DNA of 64,000 bases, taken from contig WELA01000395.1 of NCBI GenBank assembly GCA_009602735.1, positions 131,484-195,483 on the forward strand. The letters run 5' to 3'. Positions 39,801-52,968 of this stretch are shown one piece after another. The first letter of the stretch is position 1. Every line of letters begins with the position of its first letter. Origin of the DNA: Mesotaenium endlicherianum. Taxonomy: Eukaryota. Under the pieces are notes generated by a model. The model did no database searches. It worked only from the letters and a program-made list of their open reading frames with translations, and had not been told where the DNA came from. Position numbers and translations under genes: made by a program.

Positions 39801-40311
39801 CTTCAATGCGACTTCTACAAACAATAAATCAGCTACTCCACGACCTCATCGACTACCGACAACTACTAACAATGTGTTAGCTTACTTCACCCTCCCTATA
39901 AAACCTTGCAACCTCAAAGAACCTCGCAATTCTACGCTTCGAGAACACCAAATTCCAATACCTACGCCTAGCTAGATGGAGGTAGTGAATGCACCACAAG
40001 ATGGAAACTAACAATGTCAATTCTAGATCAATATTCAAAAGTTGACGCCCTATTGAAAGCTATCAAAATTGAATTTCTCGAGTGATCCTTAAGTTGGCCT
40101 ACATCGAATGATAAACCTACAGCAACACCGAGAATTAAAAAGGCAACACAAAAGAAGGGGAAGCAGAAGCCCTCAACAAGAAACAGCGAAAGCCGAGTAA
40201 GCAGGAGTTGGCAGGCGGCATAGTTCCATGTCTCGCCTTCAGCATCGCCAAATTTGTGGCGAAGATATTGACATGGAAAGAAACAGACTCGCGGAGAAAG
40301 AGAGAGAGGGG

Positions 40312-43300
40312 CTAGCGGGGAACTTCCAAGTGGTACAGCAGCTTTCCCGGGGCAGCAGAATGCGCGCAAGGGGTGCAAGGGGAGGAGCAGGAGGAAGGCG
40401 CGCTTGGGGGAGAGAGCTCCTCTGCAGGCGCGGCACGCGCAAACTTCTCAAAGGGCCGCTGCATGACCAGCTCGTGCCGGTTTGGCGCCTCCTGCGGCTG
40501 CGACTTGAAGAGGGGGTACGTGTTCTTCTTCCCCGGAGCAAACACGGGCGTGTTGGGGGAGCGCGGGGACGCCGGGGGCGTCCGGGGCCCTGCCTGGGCG
40601 TACTGATGCGCCGCTCCTGTTGGCAGGTTCTGGGCAAAGCTGTTGGCAATCGGATACAGGAGCTGCGAGACGGTGGGGGGGGGGGAGAGCTCGGCAGCGG
40701 CGTGCGCATGCGCATGCGCAGAGACGACGTATCCCGCGCCCGCCGCCTGGCAGCCTGTGCGGGGAGGCGTGGGGGTGCGGTGCGGCGGCGTCGGCTTGAA
40801 GGCGGGAAACCCCTGCAGGCCCGACTTGAGCGGGTTGGGGCTTGAGGGCGGCGTCGGCAGCTGCTGCTGCTGCTGCGTGCTGGCGCATCCCAATGCCTCC
40901 CCTCCTCCTCCTCCTCTTTCACCTGCTCTTCCACCTGATCCTGCCCCTGGTCCAGCTGCTGCCGCTGCTGCTACTGCTGCTGCTGCCGCTCCTCCTCCTC
41001 CACCCCTTGCCGAGAAGAAGAGCTGCGCCCCCCCCCGGGCGGGGCCGCAGTGCTGCAGCAGCCAGGGGTTGCTGAGGATGTCGTCGATGGTGGCGCGCCG
41101 TCTGCTGTCCACGTGGAGCATGCGCTTCACGAGCTTGCGCGCCTCGCGGGACACCGAGGGCCAGGGCTTCTTGAGGTAGTCCGGCTCGCCCTTGAGCACC
41201 GCCGCAAACGTCTGCTCGTGGTCCTTGCCCCAGAACGGCAGGAAGCCTGCACCGCCGCCGCCCGGAAAGGGCAAGCGAGAGAAAGGCGGCTGGCCGGTTT
41301 TTTAGAAGGGGTGCGCACGCACACACGCAGGCACGCACGCATGCATGTCCGCGCACACACGCTCACACGCACACAGGCACGCGCACACACACACGCACAC
41401 ACACACAATACACACTTCACACACACACACACACACACAGAGACGCATGCACATGCACGTGCACGCACGCATGCACCCCCACACACGCCCACGCATGCGC
41501 TATGTACGACAGCCTACTTGCTTCCACCAACGCCTGCACCATGCCATACAAGGGGACCAATCGACTTGAAGAGGACACTGAGATGGGTATGACATCATAG
41601 TAAGATCGACGAAGCACCCACCACCCACGCACATCAGGGTGCCTCCAGCTGCGCGTTGGCGCCGTCGGTCAGTGTTCGGCAAGTCACAGATATCAGCACA
41701 TGCGCACGCTCACTGCTGCGAAGAGGGAACACAGCTTGTAAACACGATCACGCGGGACAGGCCTGCAACCTTGTGCAGCAGACGGAGAGGAGCACACCCC
41801 AGACAGATGCGACGGGAGAGAGCTTCATCTAACGGAACCCGTGGACCACGGACAGGGTGGGTCTTGAAGACGGCATCAGGGGCCGCATCACGAAGCTCAC
41901 TCCGATGCATAAAGCACAAACTTCACAGCATCAAGCGCAAGTGCAAGGTCAATGGCATAAGCCTCCTGCTGGCTTGAAGCCGCCGGCCTAAAGCTGCGCT
42001 CACAAATAGCACACAATGCACACAAAGCACACACACAAGAAACACCACACACACACACACACACACAACACAAACGCAACCATAACTACACACACGCACA
42101 GGCACACAAATGCACGCACGCACGGACGCACGCATAAACGCAGCACAATCAAAACTCATGCGCACGCGAGCGTGCACGCGCACGCACGAGCACTTACCTG
42201 ACAGGGAGGTGTAGAGCACGACGCCCATGCTCCATACGTCCACCTCCGGGCCGTAATACTCGCGCCGCACGAGCTCCGGGGCCATGTAGAAGGGGCTGCC
42301 CGCCAGGCCCTGCGCCTTTTGCCCCGGCGCCAGCATCACGGCCAGCCCAAAGTCCGCAATCTTCACCGAGGGCTCCTGGAACTCATCGCCGATGCGCGCA
42401 AAGATGATGTTCTCGGGCTTCAGGTCGCGGTGGATGACGCCGCGCGCGTGGCAGTGCTGCACCGCCAGCACGATTTGTCTGCAGCCAAAGCAGCAGCAGC
42501 GTCAGCAGCAGGGGCAGGAGAGGTAGCAGGAGCAGGAGCGGCAGCAGGAGCGGCAGCAGGAGCAGCAGCAGGAGCAGCAGGGACAGGAGCGGGAGCAGGA
42601 GCAGGAGCGGCAGCAGGGGGAGCCCGTGGGGTTGGGGGGGAGGGGGGGGTGGGGTGGAGCGGAGGAAATGGGGAGGAGGGGAGGGGCTTGTGAGTGCCCG
42701 CCGCCCAAGGAAGGCGTGTCCTAGGGGCTCTTCATCTCTCTCTCGCTTTCTCTTTCTCCCTCTCACAGTGTTGCGCGCATGAAACCAAGGCCCTCCCCTC
42801 ATACTCTCCCTTTTCTGCAACGCTTGCATGCATGCACCCGTGTCAGACGAGACAAAATAAACGCATGAAATCGGAACGAGGATGAAGCCACTGCAGCTAT
42901 GAGGGCAACGTGTGCAAAGGACACTCTCTATTCCCCCCCCNGCGATGCAGACGCTGCTCACTGTGCCCTTCTCCAGAAAAGTACGCCAATTATCCTTTTT
43001 TCCTTTCAGCCCCGATGCTACTGTGCCCCTTTTAACCCTCCAGCCCTTTGCAGAGGATAGATAAGCTGCACTCTGCTAACCCCTCTTTCCACCTTTGATA
43101 TGGAGCCGAAGAGGAGGGGAAGAACAAAAACATGGTAATTTCCCCCCCCCCAAGCTCCTCCTCCTCCACATACACGCACGCACGCACGCACGCAAGCTTG
43201 CACACACACACACACACACCTGCACAAACACATGCATGCACACACACATACACACGTGCGCGCGGACGCGCAGACACGCACACAAACACAGACACGCGCA

Positions 43301-44953
43301 CGCAAGCGCACACACACACACACATGCACACACACGCACCTGAAGATGCGCGCGGCGTCGCCCTCCACCAGCTTGCGGCGACGCGCGATGTAGTCGAAGA
43401 GGTCGCCCTCGCGGCACAGCTCCATGACCAGGTGCACTGCCTCCTGGTCCTCAAACAGCGCGTGCATCTCCACCACGTGCGCGTGCCCGCGCAGGTAACG
43501 CATCAGCTTGATCTCCGCCCGCAGCTCCTCCACCTCCTCCTCCTTCTGCACACCCGCTACGCCCCGCCCCGCCACACGCCACGCAACGTTACGCCACCCA
43601 GAAGATGATGCCACCCACCCGCCCGCGCAGCGAAGAAGAGGAACGCGTCGCCATGAGTGCGAGTGCGGTCGGACGGTGACAATGCTACGTCAGATGACGC
43701 AGATGACGATGCCGCGTGGAGAGGGGAGGGGTCGCTGTCGATGTCGATGTGAGCTTCAGCGCAACTGCGATGGCTCTCGCGCGCTGCAACCTTACCACAG
43801 GCGCAGGCTGCGTTTCGAGCACACTCGCCAGCTGGCAAGACTGATATGCATGCACAAGGCACTGCCGGGCCCACCGCCAAGCCCCCCCCCCNNNNNNNNN
43901 NNNNNNNNNNNNNNNNNNNNNNNNNNNNNCCCCTCCCCCCCTCCTTCAAGCCCAGCCCCATGCTCCGCGACACAAAGCAACTCAAGCCGAGAGACAAACC
44001 TTGACGCAGAAGAAAAAATATTTATGCCCACGCAGTGTGGCCCCACCGCACACACGCGTTGCCGAGGTCTGCGCAACTGCCACGTGTCCCAACACAGAGA
44101 GACCGCAGCCTTTTGGGTCATGCACAGAGCCAGGGCTGAGGAGAGGAGCGACGGGCCCGCTGCAAACAGCTCCTCTGCCGCTGCCGCCACTACATCGTGG
44201 CCAGAGGGGGGGGCAGGGGGGGGGGTCCCCGGTTGCCACGACAGGCACTCCGGGATCTTGCAGCAGCACAGCACGCGGCTGCGCTGCGGGGCGCTGCGCA
44301 GCGTAGCTGTGGCGCTCCTCGCGCGCATACGCGCGCACGCGACCTGGCACACTCGGACGAGTGCTACTGACCTTGAGGTTGGCCTTGAGCACGGACTTGC
44401 ACGCGAACGCCTTGCCCGTGCCCACCTCCTCGCATGCCTTCACCACGCCAAAGTGGCCGCGCCCCAGCTCCTTGCCAAGCTTGAAGCGGTCGCGGATGTT
44501 CCCCGGGTCCACCGCCAGCCCTGTGCCGCCTGCCAGCTGGCAGCACGGCCTCGCAGCAGCAGCCGCCGCAGCCGCAGCAGGGCCGGGCGGCGCCTTCTTG
44601 ACCTCCAGGTCATCCCCACCGGGCCTCAGCTGCTGCTGCTGCTGCTGCTGCTGCCGGGTGGCGCACTCCCCCTTCTCCTCCTTCTCCTTCCCCCTGCTGC
44701 AGGATCCACTCGGCGTGTGGACTCTCCCGGGCACTTTCACAGTCAGCTTGGGCACCCAAAGGGCGGCCGCGCGCGCGCTGGCTTTCTCCGCCCCCTGCTC
44801 CCTCTCCCCCCACACCAACACACAAGAGAGACGCACTCCGCGAGACATGCAGTCAGGTAGGGTGTCACCTAAACCCTCCTCGTTCCCCTTTGCTCCTCCC
44901 GGCAGGAGAAATTCTGAAGGCCATCGCGGCGCGCCCCTGATGGGGCCATTCAT
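40312..44953 (-). CDS. CDPK/SnRK-superfamily Ser/Thr kinase lacking EF-hands (PEPC-kinase-related, PEPRK-like)
   Basis: Exons 44953-44372, 43545-43340, 42478-42198 and 41246-40312 join in phase. Motifs: LGRGHFGVV, FACKSV, HLVMELCREGDLFD, IHRDLKPEN, KIADFGLA, GLAGSPFYMAPE, DVWSMGV, GFLPFWG, PWPSVS, NPWL. The tail is low-complexity with no EF-hands. The start codon (44953 versus a downstream ATG) and the tail structure are uncertain. Confidence 0.88.
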
Positions 44954-45314
44954 GCCCGCGGGATCCCGACAGAGCGCCAGGTGTGCGGTCTTGCATTCCG
45001 GATCCGAGCGCAGACTCTCATCTCCAAGCGCGCTGTGTGAACAGTCAGGAAATGATGTGCAAGCACGCGTGTGTGTCGGAGGAGGGGCAGAATTTCTCTA
45101 GCTCCAAAGAGTGAGACTGCCGAGGCGCAGCCCGGGAGGGCCGCGGAGCACAAACATCAAACCGGCATGCAGCGACGGCCCAACACAGGCCACACAGCGA
45201 TATTCTGTGATATGCAAGCGTCCACAGCCCCGCCCCGGCCCGCCCTGCCCCGCCCCACCCAGAGGTCCTGCCCCGCCCATCTCTGAACCCGTGGCGAAAA
45301 GTTCAAAACGGAAG

Positions 45315-48300
45315 TCAAGATCGGAACGAAAGGCTACCACGACCAGCACCCCAAGCAGCGCACTCCAACATGGCCCACACCTTCTCAATGCCATGACCTC
45401 CGCATGCCGCCACCCGCTCGCGTGGCGCCTGGGCTCGTTCCACACCCTCCTGCTCCACCGCCCGGGCCTCTGCCGCCTCATCGGCCCAGCCCACCTGGCG
45501 GCGCTGGCACTTCACCTGCTGCTCCGGCAGCTCCCTCGTTCCCGCAGTTGCGGACACTGCAGAGGCAGGGGCAGCTGCAGCGGCACCAGCTGGCGCGATA
45601 CCGTCTGCCAGCGCAGGAGCACAGGTCGTCTCCGCAGCGGCGCCAGTTGGCGCAGCGGCGGCGCGGTCGGCGCCTGCAACAGCGCTGGGCGGCGCCGCCC
45701 CCGCCGCTCCTTCCCAAAAGCGCACGCATGGCAGTGCAGACGCCTTCCCCCCCGTGTGTGCTCCCGCCACGGCCCCCACCTCCGCCTCCCGTTTTGAGCG
45801 TTTGGCCTTGAGGTGCGCCGTTTTGATCTCCTTGCCGGCGCCCTCCACCCGCTTTTCTAGGCTCGCAATTTCGGCAGTGGCAGCCTGCAGCGCAGCGTCC
45901 ACGCCAGCCGCCTCCGCTGACGTGGCAGCCTTGCGCTGGTCGGCAATCTCCAGGTCCCCCTTCAGAGTCTGTGCCTCCACCTGAGCGGCAGCTGCCGCCG
46001 TCCCTGCCGTCCCCGCCAGCTGGCTGCCCAACTTGGCGCACTGGGCGGCAGACCCTTCGCTCTCCCATGCCACCTCCTCCTCGCTCGCCTGCAAATCCTC
46101 CCCACTCTTTTGCAGGTCCCCCGCACGCGGGTGCTGTGAGATTGCTTCAGCCGGCACCTTTGCTACAACCGGGGCCTTCCCCGGCGCCAGCTCAGCGGCC
46201 ACCTTCGCGCATGCCAGCTCGCCCTTAGTCCTGTCCAGCTCAGCCCTCAGCTCCCTCAGGGAGGCTCTCTCTCTAAGCAACCCCTCCCTCTCCCTCTCGG
46301 CTGCAGCCTTCTCTCTCAGGAGAGCCTCCTTCTCCTTCAGGGCAGCGGCCTTGCAGCTCTCCGCCTCATCTCTCGCCTTCCCCACAGCCTCCAGCTTGGC
46401 GCCAAGTGCCTGCGCCTCCTGCGTTGCACGCTTCGCCGCAGCTCTGGCCTCCGCCACCTGTCTCTCGGCCTCCTCTCTGGGCACCATGCGCTCCGCCTGC
46501 ATTACATCCTCCTCCTCCAATTACTACAAAACCCATGACAAATATACGACTACACAGCCATACATATAGAGGCACACAGGCACATACTGGCGCGCTTTAC
46601 TTCGTACTACATACTCGTTCAATGTCCCCTTACAGACCCGCCGAACAATCGCGACAAATTAAACCGTTGAAACAGCGCGAATGCTGTCGACGCTCGAAGT
46701 CGACGCAGCGCCCCTCCCTCCCTCCCTCCACCATCCCTATTCCCCCTTCACCCTCTCTCTCCATCTAACACCCTAATAACAGGCAGGCGGCCATGGCCGC
46801 CTGCAACGACGAGCGGCCATGGCTGCCCAGCAACAGGCTCTCCCAACCTTTCCACCCCACGAACCCTTCTAGCGAGGAAGAGCGCCGTTTCCCACGACCC
46901 CATGGCGACCTACCTCGCGGCCCAGGCGAGGCTCAGCCTCGCTCCTCCTCGCCATGGCCCGTCACGAAAAGCGCCCTAAGGGCGCACTGCCTAAGCGAAA
47001 GCAAAGAAGAGAAATAAGTTATGGCAAAGCCCTAATTTATAGCGGTCGCAAAAGGGCGGGACGCACTGGGGCCGCACAGAAAGAGCATTTACGACAAACG
47101 CTTTTACGTTGTCAATCTCCGATTTCGAACGCCTACGGGCCTGCGCCCTTGCTGATGTCCTCCTCACAAGAGTTACGTGAGGGGCGCCTTACTGACGACA
47201 ATGAACTACTGCACATACTGACACAAAGGACCTTCATGAAGAGTCCCCGGGTGAGCAGGGAGGGGGAGGGAGAGGGGGAGTGGGGGGTTGGAGGAGCTGG
47301 GCTCGCGGAAGCCGAATACTCGTGCATCAACAACGGAGCTCTAGAGCTGAAGGCGATCCCCGGGCCTGCCTCTCGCTGCATCCTCTCCCCACCCAACTGG
47401 GAAGCAGCAGCAACGCTGGTGTGCTTCCCCTGCAGCAGCCTGCAGTGCTTGTTTCTAAAGCCCCCAGCCGTCAGTCCTCAGTCCTCAGCCCTGAGCTCTA
47501 AGCTCTCAGATCTCAGGCCTCCTCGAGCCCCAGCCAGCCAGGCCCCAGCCGGCCGACCTCCAGGAAGCAAGAGGTGGGGCGCACGGCCCAGCCAAGCCGC
47601 GTGCCAAGCTCGAGACAGGAACACACAGAAACAGGCAGAGGCTGCATCATCCTCCTCGGCTTTGGCGAATGCCCGGCGCAGTGAAGCCAGAGCCAGGGCC
47701 GGCAGGGCCAGCAGGGCCGGCAGGGCCAGCACGTAGGCAGGCAGCCAGTCAGTCAGTCAGGCCCACACGCAATCTCGGCACAGCCCCGGGGAGAGCAGAA
47801 GCTCAGCGGCCAACCCCAGCAAGAGATGCTCCCGCCAGAGCCCATCCACACAAGGGGGGGGGCGTGGAGGGGGGGGAGGTGNGCAAGAGATGCTCCCGCC
47901 AGAGCCCATCCACACAAGGGGGGGGGCGTGGAGGGGGGGGGAGGTGGGGAGGTGGGGAGGGGAGGAGGCTCAGGCCAGAGAAGCAAGGCCCAAAGCCACA
48001 ATTGAGCAACAAGAGAGAGGGGGCCGCTGCAGCTTGCTTGAGACACAAAGGAAGGGCATGGGTGCACAGGCGGCAGCGGTGCTAGCTGGCCGCCGGAGCT
48101 CGTCTGCAGAACGGGCGGCGGCGCCAAGCGAGAAAGACGGGGAGAATGGGGCACTCACCCCCGCCTTCACGTCCGCAAGCTCCTCCAGGGCCGCCAGGTG
48201 GCGAGATCCCAGGGAGTCCACCTCAGCCTGGAGCTCCGCGCGGCGGCCGGCAGCCTCTCGGGCGGCGGCGTTGGCTGCAGCCTGCGCCCCCCCCACTCAC

Positions 48301-50970
48301 ATCACGCCCCCCGTCACCCTGTTGGCCCACAACATGCGCGCATGTGCCGAGAGAGGGCCGCAAGGATTGGGAACGAGCGCCGACACGAACACACGCAACA
48401 AAAGGTAACGTCTGCCCCTGTGGTGCCTGTCTCCCTTCCCAGCCCCGACCGGCAGCCATCAAGCAGCGCCGCTCCTCTCGCTACACCCGCCCGCTTGTCC
48501 GCCCGCCATCTCGCCCGCCCGCCCGCAACGTGTGCACGCATGCAACACGCCCACGCGCAACGCCCGCAACATGCAGAAATGTAACACGCACGCACGTCCG
48601 CATCACGCAACGCCCGCAACACGCACGCCTGCATGCACGCACAAATGCATGCGTCTGTGAGAGGTGTACCTGCAGGTCCTGGATCTTGCCCTCGGCCTCC
48701 CGCCTGACGGCGTCCAGCTGGGCCACTGCCGCCCCCCTGGCGCGCTCTGCCGACCGCCAGCCCTCATCTGACACGTCCAGCCTGGCAAGGAGCTCGCTCC
48801 GATGGGTCTGTAAGCCAGCCACCTCGTAGTGGGCCCGCTCCAGCTCACACTCCAGCTGTCGAATGCGCGCCAGCATCTGCAGGGCAGGCAGGAAGGCAGC
48901 AGATAAAAGAAACAAGAACATAGTTTGAGAGTCACATCCCTGACGAATTTGCTGCGCAGTTGCACACAGGCGCGATAGAATGTTGTCAGATGTCGTGATG
49001 TGTAAAGTCACGAGCTACGTGCACAAGGCGAGCGGGCGAGCAGGCGGGCGGGCGGGCGGGCGGGCGGGCGTGCAGGAGGGCACTGCCAAGCGGAACGAGT
49101 GGGTTGACTTTGATAACACAGGAGGAGGCGAAAGGGGGACAGGGCGACGCTTGCCTGCTTCATCTCACGGCGCGCGCCACCCGGGCTTGTGGGAGACGGC
49201 GGCGCCAGCTTGGCAATTGCATCGGTTGACCATGACGCCGACCTGGCACCATGAGCGAGCCCCAAGCCCGAGCCCGAGCCCAGGCCCAAGCCTGAGCCCG
49301 AGCCTGCTCTGCTCTCTCCCCATCTTGCCCCGACCCTGGCAGCAGACTCTACCCTAGCAGCAGACTCGCCTGCCCTCTCTAGCCTGCAGGCCTCCGGCCC
49401 CCCCTGAGCCCTAAACTCAAGTGCGCTGCTGCTGCTGCCACTGCTGCTGCCGCTGCCGCCGCTGCTGCTGCTGCTGCTGGTGGTGGTGGGCCCCAGCACC
49501 CCCCCCTGAGGCGGCCTGCCTCTAGGGTTGGTGCCATCTCGATCTCGGTCTCCATCTCGATCACCACCTGGCCTGCCGGTGCTGCTCTCGTCGAGCACCC
49601 TCACGACAGCCGACTCGAAGCTGACGGCCCGCTGGAACGTCTTGCCGGCTCTGAGGATGCTTCTGGGAGATGGGGACCTGGTGGTGGGCTTTGCGTCGGG
49701 GGAATCGCTGTACAGGGATTTGTTGTGCGAAGACTCGTACAGGAGATTGTGCGAAGAATCGTACGGAGAATTGTGCCAAGAATTGTACAGAGAGCTGTAC
49801 GAGGGGATGGAGGCGGCCTCGCGCGCGCCGCGGGGAGAGTTTGACGCAGATGCAGTCTGCTGCTGAGCAGCTGCGTTGAGGCGGTGCCTGTGACAGGTGG
49901 CAGCCCCGTCACTTGAAAGGGAGGGCGGGCTTTGCTGGGGGGAGTCTGGAGGGGGACCAGTGGAGGTCTTAGGGTTAGAATGTCTACCATGCGCGTATAA
50001 ATGCTGAGGATCCAGGTTTTGGTTCTGGTCGAATCGGCCCCCACTAGAACCGCTGGGGGGTAGAGTAATCTCAGGAGAGACGAAAAAGGAGCCGCTCTGA
50101 GCAGAGTGGGCATAAAGGGAGCCACTCTGAGCCAAGTGGCCCACAGTCACGTGCCTGCCTCTGCCAGTAGAGCTGGAGGGGGGGGCCTCGTGGGGTGAGA
50201 GTGAGGATCTGCTTGATGTAGGAAGGGCCGAGGAGTAAACCCTAACCCCTCTGTTCAAACCTTCACAGGCGCCCCCCCTCTGCTGGGACTGAAATGGTCC
50301 AGATGGATAGCCACCCCCATCCTCACCTCCACTCACTCCCCCACCCCCACCCCCACCCCCACCCCTGGNNNNNNNNNNNNNNNNNNNNNNNNNNNNNNNN
50401 NNNNNNNNNNNNNNNNNNNNNNNNNNNNNNNNNNNNNNNNNNNNNNNNNNNNNNNNNNNNNNNNNNNNNNNNNNNNNNNNNNNNNNNNNNNNNNNNNNNN
50501 NNNNNNNNNNNNNNNNNNNNNNCACCCACACCCCCAGCCACACCCCCACCCATACCCACACATCTACCAGGTGACAGATGGCCCTTGTAGAGGCTCTCAG
50601 TTTGAGAGCCTCCCATTGGCGGCAAGAGGGGACGAGCTTGGACAGCCCTGGAAGGCTCCCCCACCCCCACCCCCACTAGCTGGGGATGTCGGAAGCTGCT
50701 GGAAGAACCCACTCGTGCTGCCCACACTTCCCCAGCTCTGGCAGGATCATCTCTCACCTAGCATCGATACTCTGCTTCACAACTTCGGCCCAGCCTAACA
50801 AAAAGGTCAATAGATCGTGCAGGACTGGTACAGTACTGCGCTGCTCCGTATGGCGAGCCTGGTTAAGTGATGAAGGGGGAAGCTTCTAGCGACTGCTGCC
50901 GACAGTGTCAGTCAGCCTGTCTTCCTTCGTCGCCTCTTGACAGGCATGGCCTGGACATGTAGTACTGATA
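45315..50970 (-). pseudogene. inverted, diverged and truncated paralogue of the 3982-14182 WEB-like gene (pseudogene or remodelled gene)
   Basis: Homologous exons: about 50970-49155 (GC donor kept; original ATG lost; in-frame TAA at 50865-50863; N gap), 48876-48670 (207 nt, as in the parent), 48281-48159, and 46496-45381 (fusion of the parent exon 4 start to the exon 5 end). No equivalents of parent exons 6-7. Example match: QAERMVPREEAERQVAEARA versus QAEHMVPREEVERQAAEARA. Confidence 0.8.
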
Positions 50971-52379
50971 TGGAGTATTCTCTGAAGAGCTGACCTTAGA
51001 CAGCTGTTCCCTCACCTGTTGGAGACAGCTGCAAAGTTCACCACTATGCTGACACATAATTTTGCGGTAGAAAAGACATCTAATGAAGCATATGTACAGT
51101 GCGGAGGTGCTCCTGAAGTAATGTGTTCCGTGACCTGACAGGATGAAGCTACGGCAACAAACTTGCGCTACAATGGGGATTGACTTTTGGCAACAACAGG
51201 TCAGCAAACTAAGGTCGGTGCGAAGGAGGTTCAGACACATCACAGCTGTCAATAGCCCCAGGAGACCACATCTTTACACAGTAAGTTGAAGATGATAGCT
51301 AGTCAATGTAAACGTAAAGGAAGTTTTTGCGACAAATCCCTGCAGACGTTAAGCTTGCCTAGTCTGCGTGGCGTGGATTTGGTTATCCCACTCGAAGCAG
51401 GAACGACATCGTAAGGTAAAAATTATCGACAGCTTTGCGCTTAAGCAACGAAAGTGCAATGAGATGCAGGATGCGCAATGCGCATTGAAGGCATGGCACT
51501 TTCGGCATCACTCATGCCGAAAACGGGAACGTACCCGTTCACCTTTCGAAACGTGGTACTTCCAAAGCGACCGAGATGGTTTTTTCGAAAACAATTCGTT
51601 TTTGAAGGCGCGAGTATGTGTTGCATGCACCACATGGTTCAGCGATTTCTTTTCACACCAACGCACACATCCCGGTGCTTCCCGGTATCAAACACATCAC
51701 CAAAGCACGACCGCGCATATGAAGCATAAATGACGTCCGGGACCGACACAACTCACCGAGTGGCAGAATGTCAAGCGCATAAAATGGTGAGCTGCTTATC
51801 AGAATTGAAGTACAAAGAGGTTCCTTTTCAAAAAGTGAATGGTAGTTTGTCCCTCAGTGAAGAATTGAGAAAGAAAGACAAAACTTTAAGAGCGGAAAAA
51901 CTTTGGCCAAATAGCAATAGTTTACAGCAGTATTTAAAGTTTTGCAAGCCCGTACTTTAACAAATGTAAAACGAAAGCCTTATCACGGCAACTTTCTTTG
52001 AACACCAATGATTCTTGCAACTGCTTGCACCTGATCTGCAAACAAAAATTAAAGTGAAGTCGTCGACGTGGGCAAAATGCCTCCCTGGAATAGTAACTCC
52101 TGCACTAGTAAAATAAGTCAACGAAACTCATATAGTTTTGCAACCTTCGGAAGAAATCTGAAAAGAGAAGTGTCGTGCGCTAGGAGGTCGGGTGCGTATT
52201 ATCGACACAAGCAATGCATAATAAGCAAGCAGACTTTGCTGCAATGAAGTCTACAATACATGGGGCTTTATAGCCAAAAAGGGAGGCAAGTGTTGGATGT
52301 TTCAATCTGAGGAGCTTCTCAAATGGGATTGTGTGTACTCTCCAGAGTGAGCACCTCAAAACTGTAAACTGGTAGGAAT

Positions 52380-52968
52380 ACAACTAATGAAGTATGGCCC
52401 AAAAGATCACTGGAAGCACATCATGATCTTCAAGAGTAGTCTTATGGCAGGGTTTTAAGCTGTGACTTTGCTCACCACTTGTAAAGTTCTTCAAGTGACT
52501 GGAAGCCAGCACGGCTCGCTCTTCACAAGAGAGAAACTAAGTGGTCCTGAAAACACAAGAGATAAAAGTGTAAGCTTTACTGATGATCTCTGTGACTTAC
52601 CACTGGCATAATGGGGACTTCTAAAAAGATGTCTCTCTAGGGACATCTCTAGTACTTATACTCCTAGAAACCCGACGGGTTAGGCGCGGATTCAATGCAT
52701 GTGGTCTTCATCTAAGATCTACCTTTGCATATACACACATATACCTATCGTGCTAGCGCTCCAATAGGCTAGTTACTACTCAATCCAATCAAAAGCGAGA
52801 TGCTAGAATATGCTAAATGCTTGTGATAGGTCGAGCTCACTTTAGCACATGCTAAGCTTGTAAGACAAGCTTGCACACTTATGTTTGTGCAATCAAACGG
52901 TTGCCCGCTAACCTGTGGTACTCCTGCAGGCTGTGACGGTTCCTGTCGGCTGAGCACATCTTGGTCGG
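52380..52968 (+). mobile_element. decayed retroelement relic, inverted homologue of 36880-37390
   Basis: For example, aatgaagtatggcccaaaagatcactg...gactttgctcaccact...ttcttcaagtgactggaa matches the reverse complement of 37258-37380. Truncated on the right by the LTR at 52969. Confidence 0.55.

Noticed and set aside
45032..45381. In-frame coiled-coil/kinase fusion gene
   Set aside because: The phase-0 donor at 45381 joined to the acceptor at 45032 gives a stop after four codons, and the kinase frame is closed by TAG at 45100.
47819..47945. About 63-bp tandem duplication
   Set aside because: The copies are separated by a single N beside poly-G runs; probably a contig-overlap artefact.
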